Positions 12,291 to 26,546 of a stretch of DNA of 64,000 nt are shown here, piece by piece. The DNA lies in the NCBI RefSeq assembly GCF_006345805.1, contig NC_043002.1, forward strand, positions 37,448,001 to 37,512,000, written 5' to 3'. The first letter of the stretch is position 1, and every line of letters begins with the position of its first letter. A program made the translations under genes and the position numbers. The notes under the pieces were generated by a model. It saw only the letters and a list, made by a program, of their open reading frames with translations. It made no database searches and was not told the origin of the DNA. This stretch comes from Octopus sinensis (taxonomy: Eukaryota).

Positions 12291-12921
12291 CAATGTTGTT
12301 ATCAGTCCAAATATGCTTGATGCATGGTTCAAACTGGAGAACAAGCTACTTCCTGCATTTTGGCATGGAGAATATATCTTGCTTGTTGAAAATTGGTGTG
12401 TATATACCTAGACCAGCTTGCAGCACCATCTACCTAGACTGTGAGATGAAAGATTTTGGAGTAGTTATGTAAGTAGATGGTGCTGTGAGCTGATCTAGAT
12501 GTATACACATCATTTGTCAAGGAGCAAGATATATTCTTCGTGACAAAATACTGAGTAGCTTGTTCCCCAATTCGAACGTGGAGGCACATGGCCTAGTGGT
12601 TAGAGCAGTGGACTTGCAGTTGAGGTATCATAGATTCGAATCTCAGACCGGGCGATGTGTATGTTTTTGAGCGAAAACACCTAAGCTCTATGCAGCTCCA
12701 GCAGAAGGTAATGGCAAACTTCTGCTGACTCTTTCGCCACAACTTTCTCTCACTCTTTCTTCCTGAATCTAGCAGCTCACCTGCGACGGACCAGTGTCCC
12801 ATCCAGGTGGGGAACCTATGTGCCAAGGAAAGCGGGAAACCGGCCCTTATGAGCCAGGCATGGCTTGAGAAGGAACAAACAATTCGAACGTGCACCATGC
12901 AGATTACAACTGATAACATTG
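12291..12921. mobile_element. Old fold-back element (about 140-bp arms) with nested SINE
   Basis: 12291-12433 is the reverse complement (roughly 80%) of 12473-12580 plus 12893-12921; 39-bp spacer. Confidence 0.8.
12581..12879 (+). mobile_element. tRNA-derived SINE family B (probably an octopus OR-type family)
   Basis: A box TGGCCTAGTGG, B box GATTCGAATCT, tail ...gagaaggaacaaac; perfect 13-bp TSD CAATTCGAACGTG (12568-12580, 12880-12892). Confidence 0.9.
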
Positions 12922-13059
12922 CAATTTCACTTATTACTGCTTATCTCCCCTGACTCCACAACATATTTACTCCATCCCTCCACATGTTACATATTTGTAG
13001 CCTCCAGTCTGTGTTTGAATTTATTATATTTACCATAAGTACTATTATCAGTATTATCA

Positions 13060-13470
13060 GGCGCAGGAGTGGCTGTGTGGTAAGTAGCTTGCTAACCAAC
13101 CACATGGTTCCGGGTTCAGTCCCACTGCGTGGCATCTTGGGCAAGTGTCTTCTGCTATAGCCCCGGGCCGACCAATGCCTTGTGAGTGGATTTGGTAGAC
13201 GGAAACTGAAAGAAGCCTGTCGTATATATGTATATATATATGTATGTGTGTGTGTTTGTGTGTCTGTGTCTGTCCCCCTAGCATTGCTTGACAACCGATG
13301 CTGGTGTGTTTGCGTCCCCGTCACTTAGCGGTTCGGCAAAAGAGACTGATAGAATAAGTACTGGGCTTACAAAGAATAAGTCCCGGGGTCGATTTGCTCG
13401 ACTGAAGGCGGTGCTCCAGCATGGCCGCAGTCAAATGACTGAAACAAGTAAAAGAGTAAAAGAGTAAAGA
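13060..13470 (+). mobile_element. Full-length tRNA-derived SINE family A (CORE-like domain, internal TA/TG linker)
   Basis: A box TGGCTGTGTGG, B box GGTTCAGTCCC, ttgggcaagtgtctt segment, tail CAGTCAAATGACTGAAACAAG(TAAAAGAG)n. Near-identical copies at 20653-21035, 35790-36198 and 57086-57448. Confidence 0.9.
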
Positions 13471-13949
13471 GAGAGTAGATTTTTTCAAAGATTTATAATG
13501 ATAATTGGTTCAATTTACAAGATAATTATTCAGCTGAGGTATAAATCTGAAATTTGCTTCCCTTTTTCCTATATTTAGAAAGTGAAATAACATCTTCTCT
13601 TTCTCTCTGTTTCTCTTGTCTTTCTCACTGTTCAACAGACTTCCTTGCTCCTATATATCTCTTGTTCTATTCTTCCCTATTAAAGGAGATTTGTACAGCT
13701 TTTGCATGTAAGGGATGTCTTATTTCAGTTACTCCTAATTATTTTCAAAACCTTTGACTGTTACCTGATACAGCAGTCAGTTTCTATGGGGTGGGGTGGA
13801 GTCGGGGAAAGAGTTGCTTATTTTTATTTATTTATATTTTTTTTTGTTTTTGTAAGAGAAACTATCAAGTAAAGAAGATAACAAAAATGTCAACATGTTT
13901 ATTACTTGTTCTTCTTTGAGGAGAATGAGAGAAAATGTAAGTGTATGGG

Positions 13950-13953
13950 CGAC

Positions 13954-14021
<68 letters not shown>

Positions 14022-14280
14022 AAGCGAAAGAGAGAGACGGAGAGAGAGAAAGAGAGAGAGAGAAAGAGAGAGAGGGAAAGAGAGAGAGAGAGAAAGAGAC
14101 AGAAAGGGAAAATTTATGGGTTGGAGAGAAAAGAGAATTTATGGGTGAGAAATAGAGAAAATTTATGGGTAAGTGAGAGAGATGGTTTATGGGAAGAGAG
14201 GGAGCATGTATATGAAAGAGAGAGAGAGAGAGAGTGGGTTAGGGAGACAAAAGGAGAACATGAGAGAGAGACAGACAGAC
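13950..14280. repeat. (GA)n microsatellite with embedded tttatggg units
   Basis: Long GA tract; 4 units containing TTTATGGG at about 14105-14200. Confidence 0.9.
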
Positions 14281-14683
14281 AGAATTCTAGTAATACAAAT
14301 TGAGAGATAAAACATGCCAGGTATCCAAATCTAAAGGTGCCATAACCATTGTTAAAAATAAATTTATACTGAATTTGCAAGTGGGGGTAACTTTAGAGAA
14401 GAATTTCTGTTCAAGAAGATAAGAAACCACAATGACATTTTAGTCTACTTCATATGTTACACCCCTGCTCCTAAAATACATACTAATCATATTGCCTTTT
14501 ACATCCAAAGCAAGAACCCTGACTGATAATATTACTGTAAAGACAATACTGGGCCTTGGTATCAGTTTTCGAAAGAATAAGCAGAACCCAAAGACAGTAA
14601 AAGCATGCTGACTTTAACCATTATTCTGTCAGAAGTAATGCTTATTTATTCTCACTGTTTTGTATTAATCATGCATTATTCTT

Positions 14684-14953
14684 TTATTCTTTTACTTGTT
14701 TCTGTCTTTAGACTATGGCCATACTGGAGTACTGCTTAGAAGGGTTTTAGTTGGACAAATCGATCTCCCAGGACTTATTATTTTATGCCTAGCACTTATT
14801 CTATCAGTCTCTTTTGCCAAACCGCTATGTTATGTGAATGTAAACATACCAATACCAGTTGTCAAGTGGTGATGGGGTGGGTTGGGTGGACAAATACAGA
14901 CACAAAGATACACACATTAGATATATATACATATATATATGTATATATATATG

Positions 14954-14989
<36 letters not shown>

Positions 14990-15182
14990 ATGTATATATG
15001 TATAATGTATGCATGTATGTAGAATCTATGTACGACAGGCTTCTTTCGGTTTCCATCAACCAAATCCACTCACAAGGCTTTGGTCAGTCTGAGGCTACAT
15101 TAGAAGACACTTGCCCAAGGTGCCATGCAATGGTACTGAACTAAGAACCATGTGGTTGGGAAGCAAGCTTCTTACCACACAG
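14684..15182 (-). mobile_element. SINE family A copy nested in a MITE
   Basis: Reverse complement of 13060-13470; flanked by the two halves of the element seen intact at 11931-12152. Confidence 0.8.
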
Positions 15183-15689
15183 AAATGACAGCACCTATGT
15201 TATACCTTTAGATTTTGAAAAGGTAACTTAATTTATATTGTAGGGTTGGTGTGAGAGGCCAGATCTAACCAGTTTGAACATAAAACCAAGAGAATATTTT
15301 AGCTGGATATGTCTAGTTTAGATTCTAAAGGCTTCAGACGCTCAAGTTCAAAATGCCTACAGCTTTTTATTTTTTACCTCTATATTTTGCCTCATTAATT
15401 CTAAATTCCCATTTTACTGTTTCCTTTCTTAATCTCTGAAATTCTTAGGTTAGCCATAAAGAGGTTTTTGGGGTGGGGCTGATGTGGGGTGGGGGAGCAT
15501 GGTGTTTTCTCGATCTGGTACACAATTCAGATTCTTTTGCACCAAAATCACCGTAAACTATATTTTCATCCTGTTGAATTCTGGTTATCATCACTGATAG
15601 CTTCATAAATAATTAATTTTCTCACCATCCTCTCAATATCCTCATTTTTTTTTTATCCTTATTGCCAACACCACTTTCTTCCACTTAAT

Positions 15690-16235
15690 TATCTTCATCA
15701 TAATCCTTGCATCATCATCATCATCAGTGACAGTATCTTTCTCATAATTATTTTCACCATCCTCCTCCTCATCATTACCTTCATCATTATCATCCTCATC
15801 ATCATCATTATCACCATCATCATCGCCATCATCATCACCATCATGATTACCACCACCACCACTGCCATCATCATTGTCATCATCATCCTCATCATCATTG
15901 TCACCACAACCACCACCATCACCTTCACCACCACCATTATCGCCATCACCTACATCATCATCATCATTGTTTGTATCAAAATTATTACTCTCATCATCAT
16001 ATTCAAAATTACCACAATCATAATCACGATCATCATTATCTTAACCATCACAATCATCATTATCTTAACCATCACAATCATCATCATCACCAGCACCAAC
16101 CAACGGCCACCCCCACTTTATTCCTCATCATCACCATCAGCAGTAACATCATTATCACTAACACCTAGACCACCAACTCCACTACCAGCAACGCTACTAT
16201 CAATGCCAAGGTCATTAAAAACAGCCACCACCCCT
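15690..16235. repeat. Imperfect (CAT/CAC)n trinucleotide tract
   Basis: About 550 bp of CAT/CAC/CAA triplets. Confidence 0.9.
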
Positions 16236-17753
16236 CTACTAGTCAACAAGTGAGCCTCTATGTGGTCATTTAAGCTGCTGGAAATAGCAACCAAATCTCC
16301 CTGAAGCCACACATTTTAAAGAATGAGACATAACACTGGATAATGCAAGCCTGAGTCTCTTGTGCATAATAGAAAAATGAGAAGATTATCATGTTGGGAA
16401 TGACTTTGATCATAAGTCTGCTTGATCAAGGTTCAATTTACATTAGATAACTCATAGCCCACCAACTACATATATAGCTGTTTGATTTGCCAGGATTGGC
16501 AGCTAAATTTCTACCAAAATCACACCCTACTGTTTTTGGGATACACTTGATAATGTCACCCTAGATATTTATAAAAAAAGACAAAATCGAAAAAGGCCAG
16601 GATGGTTAACACAAATGGAATTGCTTTGATTAAAGATCAGCTCAACCTGGGTTATAGCCTGGGGCTAAACAACAGCAAGTCCACCTCTAGCTCTACCGAC
16701 ATCACTATATTCATATGATGTGTGCTATTTTCCTGCTATTAACTTATTAGATAAGAGCTATAAACCTTATTATCATTTTGCATTACTGTTTCAGCTAGTA
16801 AAAAATATAAGATAAAACCTGCGTGTGAGTGTGTGTGTGCATGCATACACATGTGTATACACACATGTACATACATATACATACATACATACACACATAC
16901 ATACACACACATACACACACATACATACACACACACATACACACATACATACATACATATTTAACTAAATTCGTTTAAAACTGAGTGCTTTATTGATATC
17001 TGCCTGAACTTTTTAATCCCATTTCTTTCTTCTTATATATATATATACATCATGTGTGTGTGTGTGTATGTGCATGTGTGTATATATGTATATATATATT
17101 TACTTACACACATACATATGAAAGGAATCAATGATAAAAATATTTCTACTGAATACATTATGAACAATAGAAATCTTGAAATTATAATTAGGTTTTATAA
17201 ATTCTATTTAAAATACAATCCTGCAAGTTTTAGAAAATGCTTAAGTATGTCAGATCTACAGCAAATATTTCTATTTATTATTATTTTTATGCTGCTATGA
17301 TTGAAGGTTTATTTTTTTAAAGCTTCTTTAGGGAATATTGTAAAAGGATTTTGCTGAAGCAGTGTTTTATTATTTTGTGTTTTTGTTTTTCCAAGTAAAA
17401 CTTTGAATATTCTATGCACTTATCATTCAAGCAAATACCTAGTTATATATCTGTGTTTGTGTGTGTGTACATACACACGTGTGAAAATTGTGTGTGTGTC
17501 TGTGTGTACACACACACATATACATATGCAGATATGCAGATATATAGATATATACATACATGTGTATGTGTGTGTATATATGTATATATATTAAAATATA
17601 TATAAAAAATTTTTTTCGTAATGAGATAAATAAACCAAGGCTGTGTAGATTTTAGAACATTTATAGATTTTAGAAATATATATATATGTATGTGTATATA
17701 TATGTATATATACATACGTAAGGTACAAGGGTAAATATATATATATATATACA

Positions 17754-17789
<36 letters not shown>

Positions 17790-18530
17790 ACACACACACA
17801 CATATATATATACATATATATATATACATATATATATATATACACTCACAGAGACAAGTACATACTCATGCATGTTTGATATATGGATCTATACATATGT
17901 ATGTGTGCGTCTGTGTGTGTGTGAGTGCGTGTGCATGTGTCTGTGTGAGTGTGTGTGTCTGTATGTTTGTGTGTGCATGTGTGTGTCTGAAATCTCTGTA
18001 TACCATTGTGTCTGTGTCTGTAATTTTGAAGACACGTTGAATGATAAATAAGTCCCTTACTTGAAAAACTAATAAGGTTTAGCAACAGGGAAGGCATCAG
18101 GTTGTACAACAATATCTCTTGCTAATATGGAAAAAAAATGGATATAAAATGAAGAAATGAATAAATGAAATATATATTTAAGAAAACCTTTTAACAATTC
18201 TTAAATTTTCCTTTAGTCTCATTCTCTATCAAACTGAAGTACATTTCCACAAAATGAAAAGGAAATATGTTACATCATTGTCTTTGGCAATATCTAACCA
18301 ATAGGAAGCTTTATAAAATTGAATAATTTTTTGCCTGCTGTATGTTAAAATAGTTTCTTTCCCCTGTGTTCAAGTAACCACCTAATTTACTAGGTTTGTA
18401 GTTCTTTTACAATCCTTAAATACTAATTTTTTTTTAAAACTAGGTTTTGTTCATTAAAATTCCAATATGTCAGACAAGCTTCATTTTAACTTCTCAAACT
18501 ACTTTCACTTTCTCTTTCTCTCTGTCATTG

Positions 18531-18605
<75 letters not shown>

Positions 18606-19814
18606 CATTTTCTCATGTAATCTCAATATGGTGTCTTTTCTCTTTCAACTTCCGTAGTCAGTATAAGGAAATAGCAAATGATTTCAGTATTTTCTAGCTT
18701 CAGTTCTCAGCAGTCAAGTATAGCAACTCTTGTTGATATCTTGGATTTCTTTCTTTTTTTAAATTTTATTTTATGTTCTTGTCATTGAATGTTCTATAGC
18801 ATCAATGTTGCTGTTTAGAATGAAAACTACTAAAGATCTAGTTTATTTGCTATTTCCTTATAATGTCTACGGAAGTTGAAAAATGAAGACAGCCAGCCAT
18901 TTTGAAATTGTAAATTTCTTTCTGAGAGAAAATAAAATAAAATGCAATTAAAAGAAAAGTGCAGAATGAATAAAAAATAGAAATTGAAAGAATTTTTGTT
19001 GTTTTTTTCTCCCTTTTTAATGGCAATGGGAGTTAATTACGATTTATTTAGGTTTTATATTGCTTTAACTAATTGTATTTTTTATGTTTTTACATTAAGA
19101 ATCAGGTTGGATTTTCATCTCAAGGTATCCATTTTCATGTGTGTGTCTGTGTGTGCATGTATATATATGTTTATGCGTGTATGTGCGTATGCATGTGTGT
19201 ATGTGTGTGTGTATAAATATGTGCTTACGTGTGCATATGTATATATATATATTTATACTAAAATGTGTGTGTATGTAAAATCATGAGATTATTTATAAGA
19301 TATATAGTTATACTTTTAGAGATATACCATCTTATGTGTAGTTCATTAACAAATTATGATTGTTGGTTATATAATGTAAATTACACAATCAATATGTATT
19401 GTCAAATCTTCAGAGAATCTAAATTTCGTATGTAACATTACTACATTGATAAATTATTCACATAAACACACAGACACATACACAGACACACACACACAAA
19501 TACATGCATATATATATATATACACACACACATATACATATACATACATACATATGTACATACATACATATGTACATACATAGATACTTAGTAGGAATGC
19601 TGACAAATCACAAATTCCTTCAGATAGATAGCCCTGCTTAATATATAGAAACTCCAAACCGTGTATGTTGCAAGCTAACGATGCATAAGAAATGCAGCAA
19701 TATCAGATGAAGGTTAACAGGGAAAATAATCTTTGCATGTGGCAGGTGCACAGGTACAGTAAGCACTAGACATATACAGAAAATAGACTCCCTCAAATGC
19801 CAATGGGATACCTA

Positions 19815-20633
19815 GATAGCTATTGTTATCTAGATGACTAAGTCAACAGTAGAGGGGGATGCTCCGATAGCATAGCTGCTAGAATAAGAATAGGCTAGGC
19901 AAAGTTCAGAGAGCTTCTAGCTTTGTTGGCAACAAAGGGCCTCTCTCTTAGAGGGAATGACAAATTGTATGATGCCTGTGTGTGAACAGCCATGTTATAT
20001 GGCAGTGAAACATGGGCTGTGAGGGCAGATATCATGTGAAGGGTTGAAAGAAATGAATCTAGTATGCTCTGCTGGATATGCAATGTCAGTGTGCATGTAC
20101 GACTGAGTGTTAGTATTTTGAGAGAAAAATTAGGCATAAGAGGCATCAGATGTGGTGTGCAAGAGAGACGACTGCACCGGTATGGTCATGTGATGCATAT
20201 GGATGAGGATAGCTGTGTAAAGAAATGCTAATCTTTAACTGTAGAGGGAACCTGAGGAAGAGGTCGGCCCAGGAAGACATGAAATAAAGTGGTGAAGGAT
20301 GTCCTTTGAATGTGGAACCTCACAGAGGCGATGGCAAGTGATCATGACCTTTGGCAATTTACTGTGCTTGAGAAGACTCATCAAACCAAGTGTGGTTGGT
20401 GTTGGTGGCATATAACAGCTTCTGTGTCGGTAACATGTAAAAACACCCATGTCAGTGATTTGTAGAAGGCATCCATTACACTCTTGGAGTGGTTGGCATT
20501 AGGAAAGGCATCCAGCCATAGAAACCAAACCAAATTCAGACTGGAACCAGGTGTAGCTCTCAGTTCCAGTTCCAGTCAAGCTATCTAACCCATGCCAGTA
20601 TGGAAAGCAGACACGTTAAATGATGATGATGAT
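19815..20633 (+). mobile_element. 5'-truncated RTE-clade LINE (RT C-terminus plus 3' UTR)
   Basis: Translates IAARIRIG*AKFRELLALLATKGLSLRGNDKLYDACV*TAMLYGSETWA..., followed by the UTR motif gagtggttggcattagga and a (GAT)n tail. Confidence 0.9.
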
Positions 20634-20652
20634 TGAGATATATATATATATA

Positions 20653-21035
20653 GGCGCAGGCGTGGCTGTGTGGTAAGTAGCTTGTTTACCAACCACATGG
20701 TTCCGGGTTCAGTCCCACTGCGTGGCACCTTGGGCAAGTGTCTTCTACTATAGCCTCGGGCCGTCCAAAGCCTTGTGAGTGGATTTGGTAGATGGAAACT
20801 GAAAGAAGCCCGTCGTATATATGTATATATATGCGTGTCTATGTTTGTGTGTCTGTGTTTGTCCCCCTAGCATTGCTTGACAGCCGATGCTGGTGTGTTT
20901 ATGTCCCCGTTACTTAGCAGTTCGGCGAGAGAGACCGATAGAATCAGTACTGGGCTTGCAAAAGAATAAGTCCCGGGTCGAGTTGCTCGATTAAAGGCAT
21001 GGCCCTCAGTCAAATGCCTGAAACAAGTAAAAGAA
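20653..21035 (+). mobile_element. SINE family A, full length
   Basis: Same head, core and tail as 13060-13470. Confidence 0.88.
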
Positions 21036-21046
21036 TATATATATAT

Positions 21047-21096
<50 letters not shown>

Positions 21097-21774
21097 TACA
21101 CACGATGGGATTTTTTTCAGTTTCCATGTACTAAATCCTTTTACAAGCCAGGGGCTATTGTAGAAGAAACTTGCTCAAGGTGCTGTGCATTCTTAGCCAC
21201 ACACAACCCCCCCTCACACACACACACATACACATACACACACACTTCTCTTTATATTATTACTTAGGTGATGTTATGTAGCTTGTATTTATATACTCAA
21301 TGTATTGCAAACAATTATATTGAGTCAAATCATATTGAGAATCATAACTATATTTCTATGATGACTGACTGCAAATCTATTTGAAATCAGAGGTATATGT
21401 TTTTACATATATACCTCTGCAGGACCATTCCATTCATAAAAATTATATAAAGTAAGAATATAAAATAGTAAAAGCAAATTATTTTCAATAATTTTAATGT
21501 GCTAACTGAAAATATTAGGTTTATAACATGTACATCTCAGCTTAGAATGCTAAGGGCTTTCATTAACTGAACCAAGCTTTCATTATTCTAATACAAATGA
21601 AGAATGGGGAATCTGTTTTAGTAAAGTCTCAATGGCAAATTGACCACTAAATATGTTTAATCTAATACTTCTAACACTATGAGGTATAATTTTTATGATT
21701 TGTCACCATATTACACTTGAATTCGTTTTTATTCTACCAATTCTAAATTTCTATGGTCTAATGATGTTGGAATG

Positions 21775-22015
21775 ACCTTGTGGTTAGGGTGTTGCACTTA
21801 GAGTTTCAAGATCATGTTTTCGATTTCATGGGTTAGGTGGTACATTATGTTCTTGAGAAAAACACTTCTTTTCATGTTGCTTCAGTTCACTCAGTTGTAA
21901 GTGAGTAAATCTGTTATGGACTAGATTCCTTTTCAGGAGGAATTTTGTGATCTTGGTCACTTATGCACCATGGAAACCAAGTAACCAGCCCTATGAGTTC
22001 TAGAACTCAAGACAA
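21775..22015 (+). mobile_element. SINE family C (tRNA head, CORE-like ttcttgag.aaaacact segment, tail shared with family B)
   Basis: Related copies at 24625-24862 (minus) and 47408-47600 (plus); ggaaacc...ccctatgag tail. Confidence 0.65.
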
Positions 22016-24938
22016 TAATGTAAAAAAACAAAAAAATATGTAAGGTCTTTTCCCACAACGGAAAATATTCCTGGTGGATTATCTCTGTTTAAGCCATTGA
22101 TTTAAAAAACAATTATTTTTCAATTTGGTTGTTGTATAATCAATTTTACTCTGTTAGAATTATGGAAAGAAGTAACTTTAAAATATTTCTTATTAGAGAT
22201 AAGATAATTGAAGATATTTGGAAAAGTTGAAAATAATCTGAAAAAGCAACTATAAATGCATTAGCAGTTGAAATATGCCGGAGAGATGACTAAATTGAAT
22301 GGCAATATCATGTGAATGGATCATTTCTGGGTAAAAAAAGATATTTGTAATTGGTGATGGAACCTGCAATGGAAGTAGACCATAAAAGACCGGAGAATAG
22401 TTTAGATCAAATCTAAAAATGTTTCCTTGGAGATGCGATGATAAAAAAATTGAAGTACTCTGTGATGTTGAATTATAAATACATTCATTCCATGACAGCT
22501 AACTACAAATAAATAAATAAATAAATGAAATATAAGTGTCAGAATTGGAATGATGGGGAAAACAGTTTTTCTTCAATTTTACTCATTTCTTTTTATAATG
22601 TGTAAGAGCGAATGTGAGGGTGGTCGCTGCTGGCAAATTGTAAATGTATTGAGCAAAATTTCTGTGGTATTTATTTTAGCTTGTTTCTTTGTTTAAATCT
22701 TAGGAAGGTGAGCCATCTAGAGTTGATAAAAAATACTGGTGTCAATCAAGTGCTGGGATCAATTTAAACAACTACAAATTAGGCACTCGTGCCTTAAAGC
22801 AGTTGGGTGTTGCCTTCAGCTACATTCTGACAACTGCAATGATACTGGTGCCAACATAGATGGCATGAAATGGGAAAAACACACTACATGGAAACTACTG
22901 GGTTTCTGAGCACCCTTATCCATTTCTTGCATCTTGGAGAGAAACATTTCATTATTGTTCTACAACATTTTGCCTACATAGACTGAAGCAAGACTTTCCA
23001 TATGCAGACCCATGGTTTTCCAAGACTCACAGATGCCAAACAAGAAGAGTGTAAATTTATATGTGTGTATATATGTGTCTGCGCATGTTTGTGTGGGTGG
23101 ATACATTTATGCATTTCTGTCTGATTGTCTGTTAAAATAGCAGATGTTCTCACCAAAACATCAAATTATAGTATCAAGGAAGGGCACTACTTATGTGAGT
23201 GAGTAACTAGAACATTCATCTACATATTAGTCAGGTATTATATTAACTAATTTATTCTTAATGACATAACCGATCCCTTGGTAGCATGCTATTAAAAAGA
23301 TATATATAAAACAACTGGTGATAGGAACACATGAAATAGAATATGCTTTAGCTGTACTGTCTGAATATGAGTGGAGAGAAAAGTGAAAGAATATAAGAAA
23401 ATGATAAGCTAAAAGTTTTGTTGTAGGGGTAGTACAATACAATGGGACTTTGAAGTGTACCATTGTTAGATTATAAATTACCTCTTTTCTTTATGCTTTT
23501 GTCATGACTCATATTTTAATGAACCGATCAGCTTATCTGAATTTATGTGAAATATACAGAAATGATTAAAAGAAATGTAGAAATATTTTTTAACTATGTT
23601 GATTAGACGCTGGGTGCAGAATCTGAGGTTAATAGACACAAAAAACGAAAATGAAAAAAAGATTTTCTTCTTTTACAAACATCATAAATGATTGTAAATA
23701 ACCATTTGTGCAAACAAGTGAGATCATAGATACCCATCTTTTATGGAAATGAAAATAAAGCACTAGCAAGTTCAAAGTTTGAAATCCATATTTGTGAAAC
23801 ACAAAAAATTGATTGAGATGCAAGATAGATGGAAACCATTACACCAAACTCCAGCATTAAGATAGAAAAATAACTGAAATATTTTACACCTTTATTGATT
23901 AATCATTACCGACTCACTTTTACTAATTCTGAATAACATTTCTACTAGTGATGTGTTCAGTTGTATCATTGATAGTTCTCAGTCAACACACTTTGATCAA
24001 ATAACTTTTTTTTTTATCATACCATGCATTTGTGAACAATAACAGTGTTCATTACAAGGTTGCAACAGGCCAATCACTGGTTCATTGCATTATGTAGGGA
24101 CATGTTTCAGGATGTCTTTTAGCAATAAATTTAATTTAGAATTCAGGCCCACACACTTAATTACTCTCCATCACTAAAAGATTTCATTGAAGTGTACATA
24201 GAATTTGTCATTTCTTATTGATATTACATAATTTCATTTATTTATTTTTTTCATATCAGTTGATGCTACAAAATATTCCAAAGATTGTCGAACTGTTATC
24301 AGACTCAATTTCTGACCAGTATTCTATCGAAAATTCTGTCCATCTGAATAGGGTTTATAAGATTACACTGTGTCACTTATTTTTAATGCTTCAATATCAC
24401 TTTAAATGTTCTTCTATATGAATAAATGGAATATGCACAAGTCCATCGAAGAATATTACTGTAGCAGGCTACTGGCTCTGTGGCTGAAGAGTTAATTTCA
24501 CAACCACGTAGCTCTCACTTTGATTCTACTGTATGATACCTTGGTTAAGTTTTTTTTCTCTCATAGCTCAGTTTGGTGAAAATCTTGCAAGAAATTACTG
24601 TCTTCAAGGTAAAGTTACCTTCTTGAGTTATGCTGACTCATAAAGGCCAGTTTCCTGGTTTCCTAGTTTCTATGGCTTATAAATTCCTCACCTGGATAGG
24701 ACACTGGTCTATTACAGGATTACTCTTTTTTGCCAGCTGAGTGGACTGGAGCAACATGAAATGAAGTGTTTTGCTCAAGAACACAATGTGTTGCCCAGTC
24801 CAGGAATCAAAACCACAATCTTACAATCAAGAGTCCAACTCCCTAACCACTATGCCACACATTTCTATTAATCTTGTAAGAGGAAATTAGCTGACAGAAA
24901 CTGTGTGGAAGCCTGTTATGGGCATATGCATATATATA

Positions 24939-25019
<81 letters not shown>

Positions 25020-25055
25020 GTCTGTCTGGAGACAGAAATACTGGATGTAATACCT

Positions 25056-25373
25056 TGTTGTTTTGTTGTTTGTTCCTTCTGGAGCCATGTCTCGCTCATA
25101 AGGGCCAGTTTCCAGTTTCCTTGGTGTATAGGTTCCCCACCTGGACAGGATGCCGGTCCGTCACAGGTGAGCTGCAAGATGCAAGATGCAGGAGGAAAGA
25201 GTGAGAGAAAGTTGTGGCGAAAGAGTCAGCAGAAGTTCACCATTACCTTCTGCTGGATCCACGTGGAGCTTAGGTGTTTCACTCATAAACACACACATTG
25301 CCCGGTCTGAGATTCGAACCCATGATCCCTCGACTGCGAGTCCACTGCTCTAACCTCTAGGCCATGTGCGTCC
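25056..25373 (-). mobile_element. SINE family B
   Basis: Reverse complement of 12581-12879; 16-bp TSD ACTGGA(T/C)GTAATACCT (25040-25055, 25374-25389) with one mismatch. Confidence 0.88.
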
Positions 25374-26231
25374 ACTGGACGTAATACCTAGTAGATGATA
25401 AATCAATGGATGTGCAATTCCCCAAACCTGAAGCAAATATCTAGAAGGAAATTCCAAAATAATATCTGCCTCATTGCGAACCTGGAGTTCTTGTGCTCAC
25501 TTGTTTTTAGACTGTTTGGCTTTATAGGTGAGAGTCTTAGCAGTGTTGTGCAAGCTGTTATTGACTAAGAATTTTAGTATGGGCATTGCTGACATCCTTT
25601 CTCTTTAACAACTAGGATAAGATAATTTGTCAGTGATGGTCATACTTATCTATGAGTTGACAGTCACGACATATGTATCATTTTCCTCATCCTCACCATC
25701 ATCATCATCCTTTAACGTTCATTTTCCAAGCTGGTATGAGTTGGACAGTTTGACCAGAGCTGGCAAGCAGGACAGCTGTACCAGCTTCCAGTCCGATTTG
25801 ACTTGGTTTCTATGACTGGATGCCCTTCCTAAAGCCAACCACTTTACAGTGTCTTTCTGTCTGTCTGTCTGCCTGCCTGCCTGCCTGCCTGCCTGCATGT
25901 ATGTATGTATGCATGCATGCATGTAGGTATGCATGTATTATAAGTGTGTGTATGTATATGTTTCAGTGATGCATATTAACAAAAGATAATTATACTAACA
26001 AAAGGAAGCTTTAGGAAGAAAGCACCTTGAGACACAATGAATAACAGACTATCTCTTGTCACAGTTGCCTTCAAAAGATGCAATGAACCAGTGATTGTGT
26101 CCATTAGAAACCTGTAATCAACAATACTCTTGTTCACTAATTATTATATAACATAAATAAATAAATGTAAAGAAGTAGGTTGATAACTGTGTGAATCTGA
26201 ACATGTGTAACCTGAATATTAGGAATGTTAT

Positions 26232-26502
26232 TAAATGCAGGTGTGGCAGTGAGGTAAGACGTTTGTTTCCTCACCACAGGGGTCCCATTGCACCTTGAGC
26301 AAATGGCTTCTGTTATAAATTCAGTCCAATGAAAGCCTCATTAGTGGATTTGGTTGATGGACTTATTTTTTTGCTAGCCTAGTACTTATTCTATTGGCCT
26401 CTTTTGCCAAACTGCTAAGTTACAGGGGATGTAAACACACCAGCATTGGTTGTCAAGCAATGGTGGTGGGGACATACACAGACACAAATACACAGACGCG
26501 CG

Positions 26503-26546
<44 letters not shown>

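Noticed and set aside
12581-12660. Functional tRNA genes at SINE heads
   Set aside because: A and B boxes are present, but the cloverleaf is incomplete and continues into repeated SINE bodies with TSDs.
13895-14303. Arg/Glu-rich ORFs
   Set aside because: Translations of the (GA)n tract.
15698-16253. Poly-Met, poly-His and Ile/Thr ORFs
   Set aside because: Imperfect CAT/CAC trinucleotide repeat with no splice signals or domain similarity.
22170-22480. Possible further LINE RT remnant
   Set aside because: Similarity is only suggestive; no convincing reading frame.
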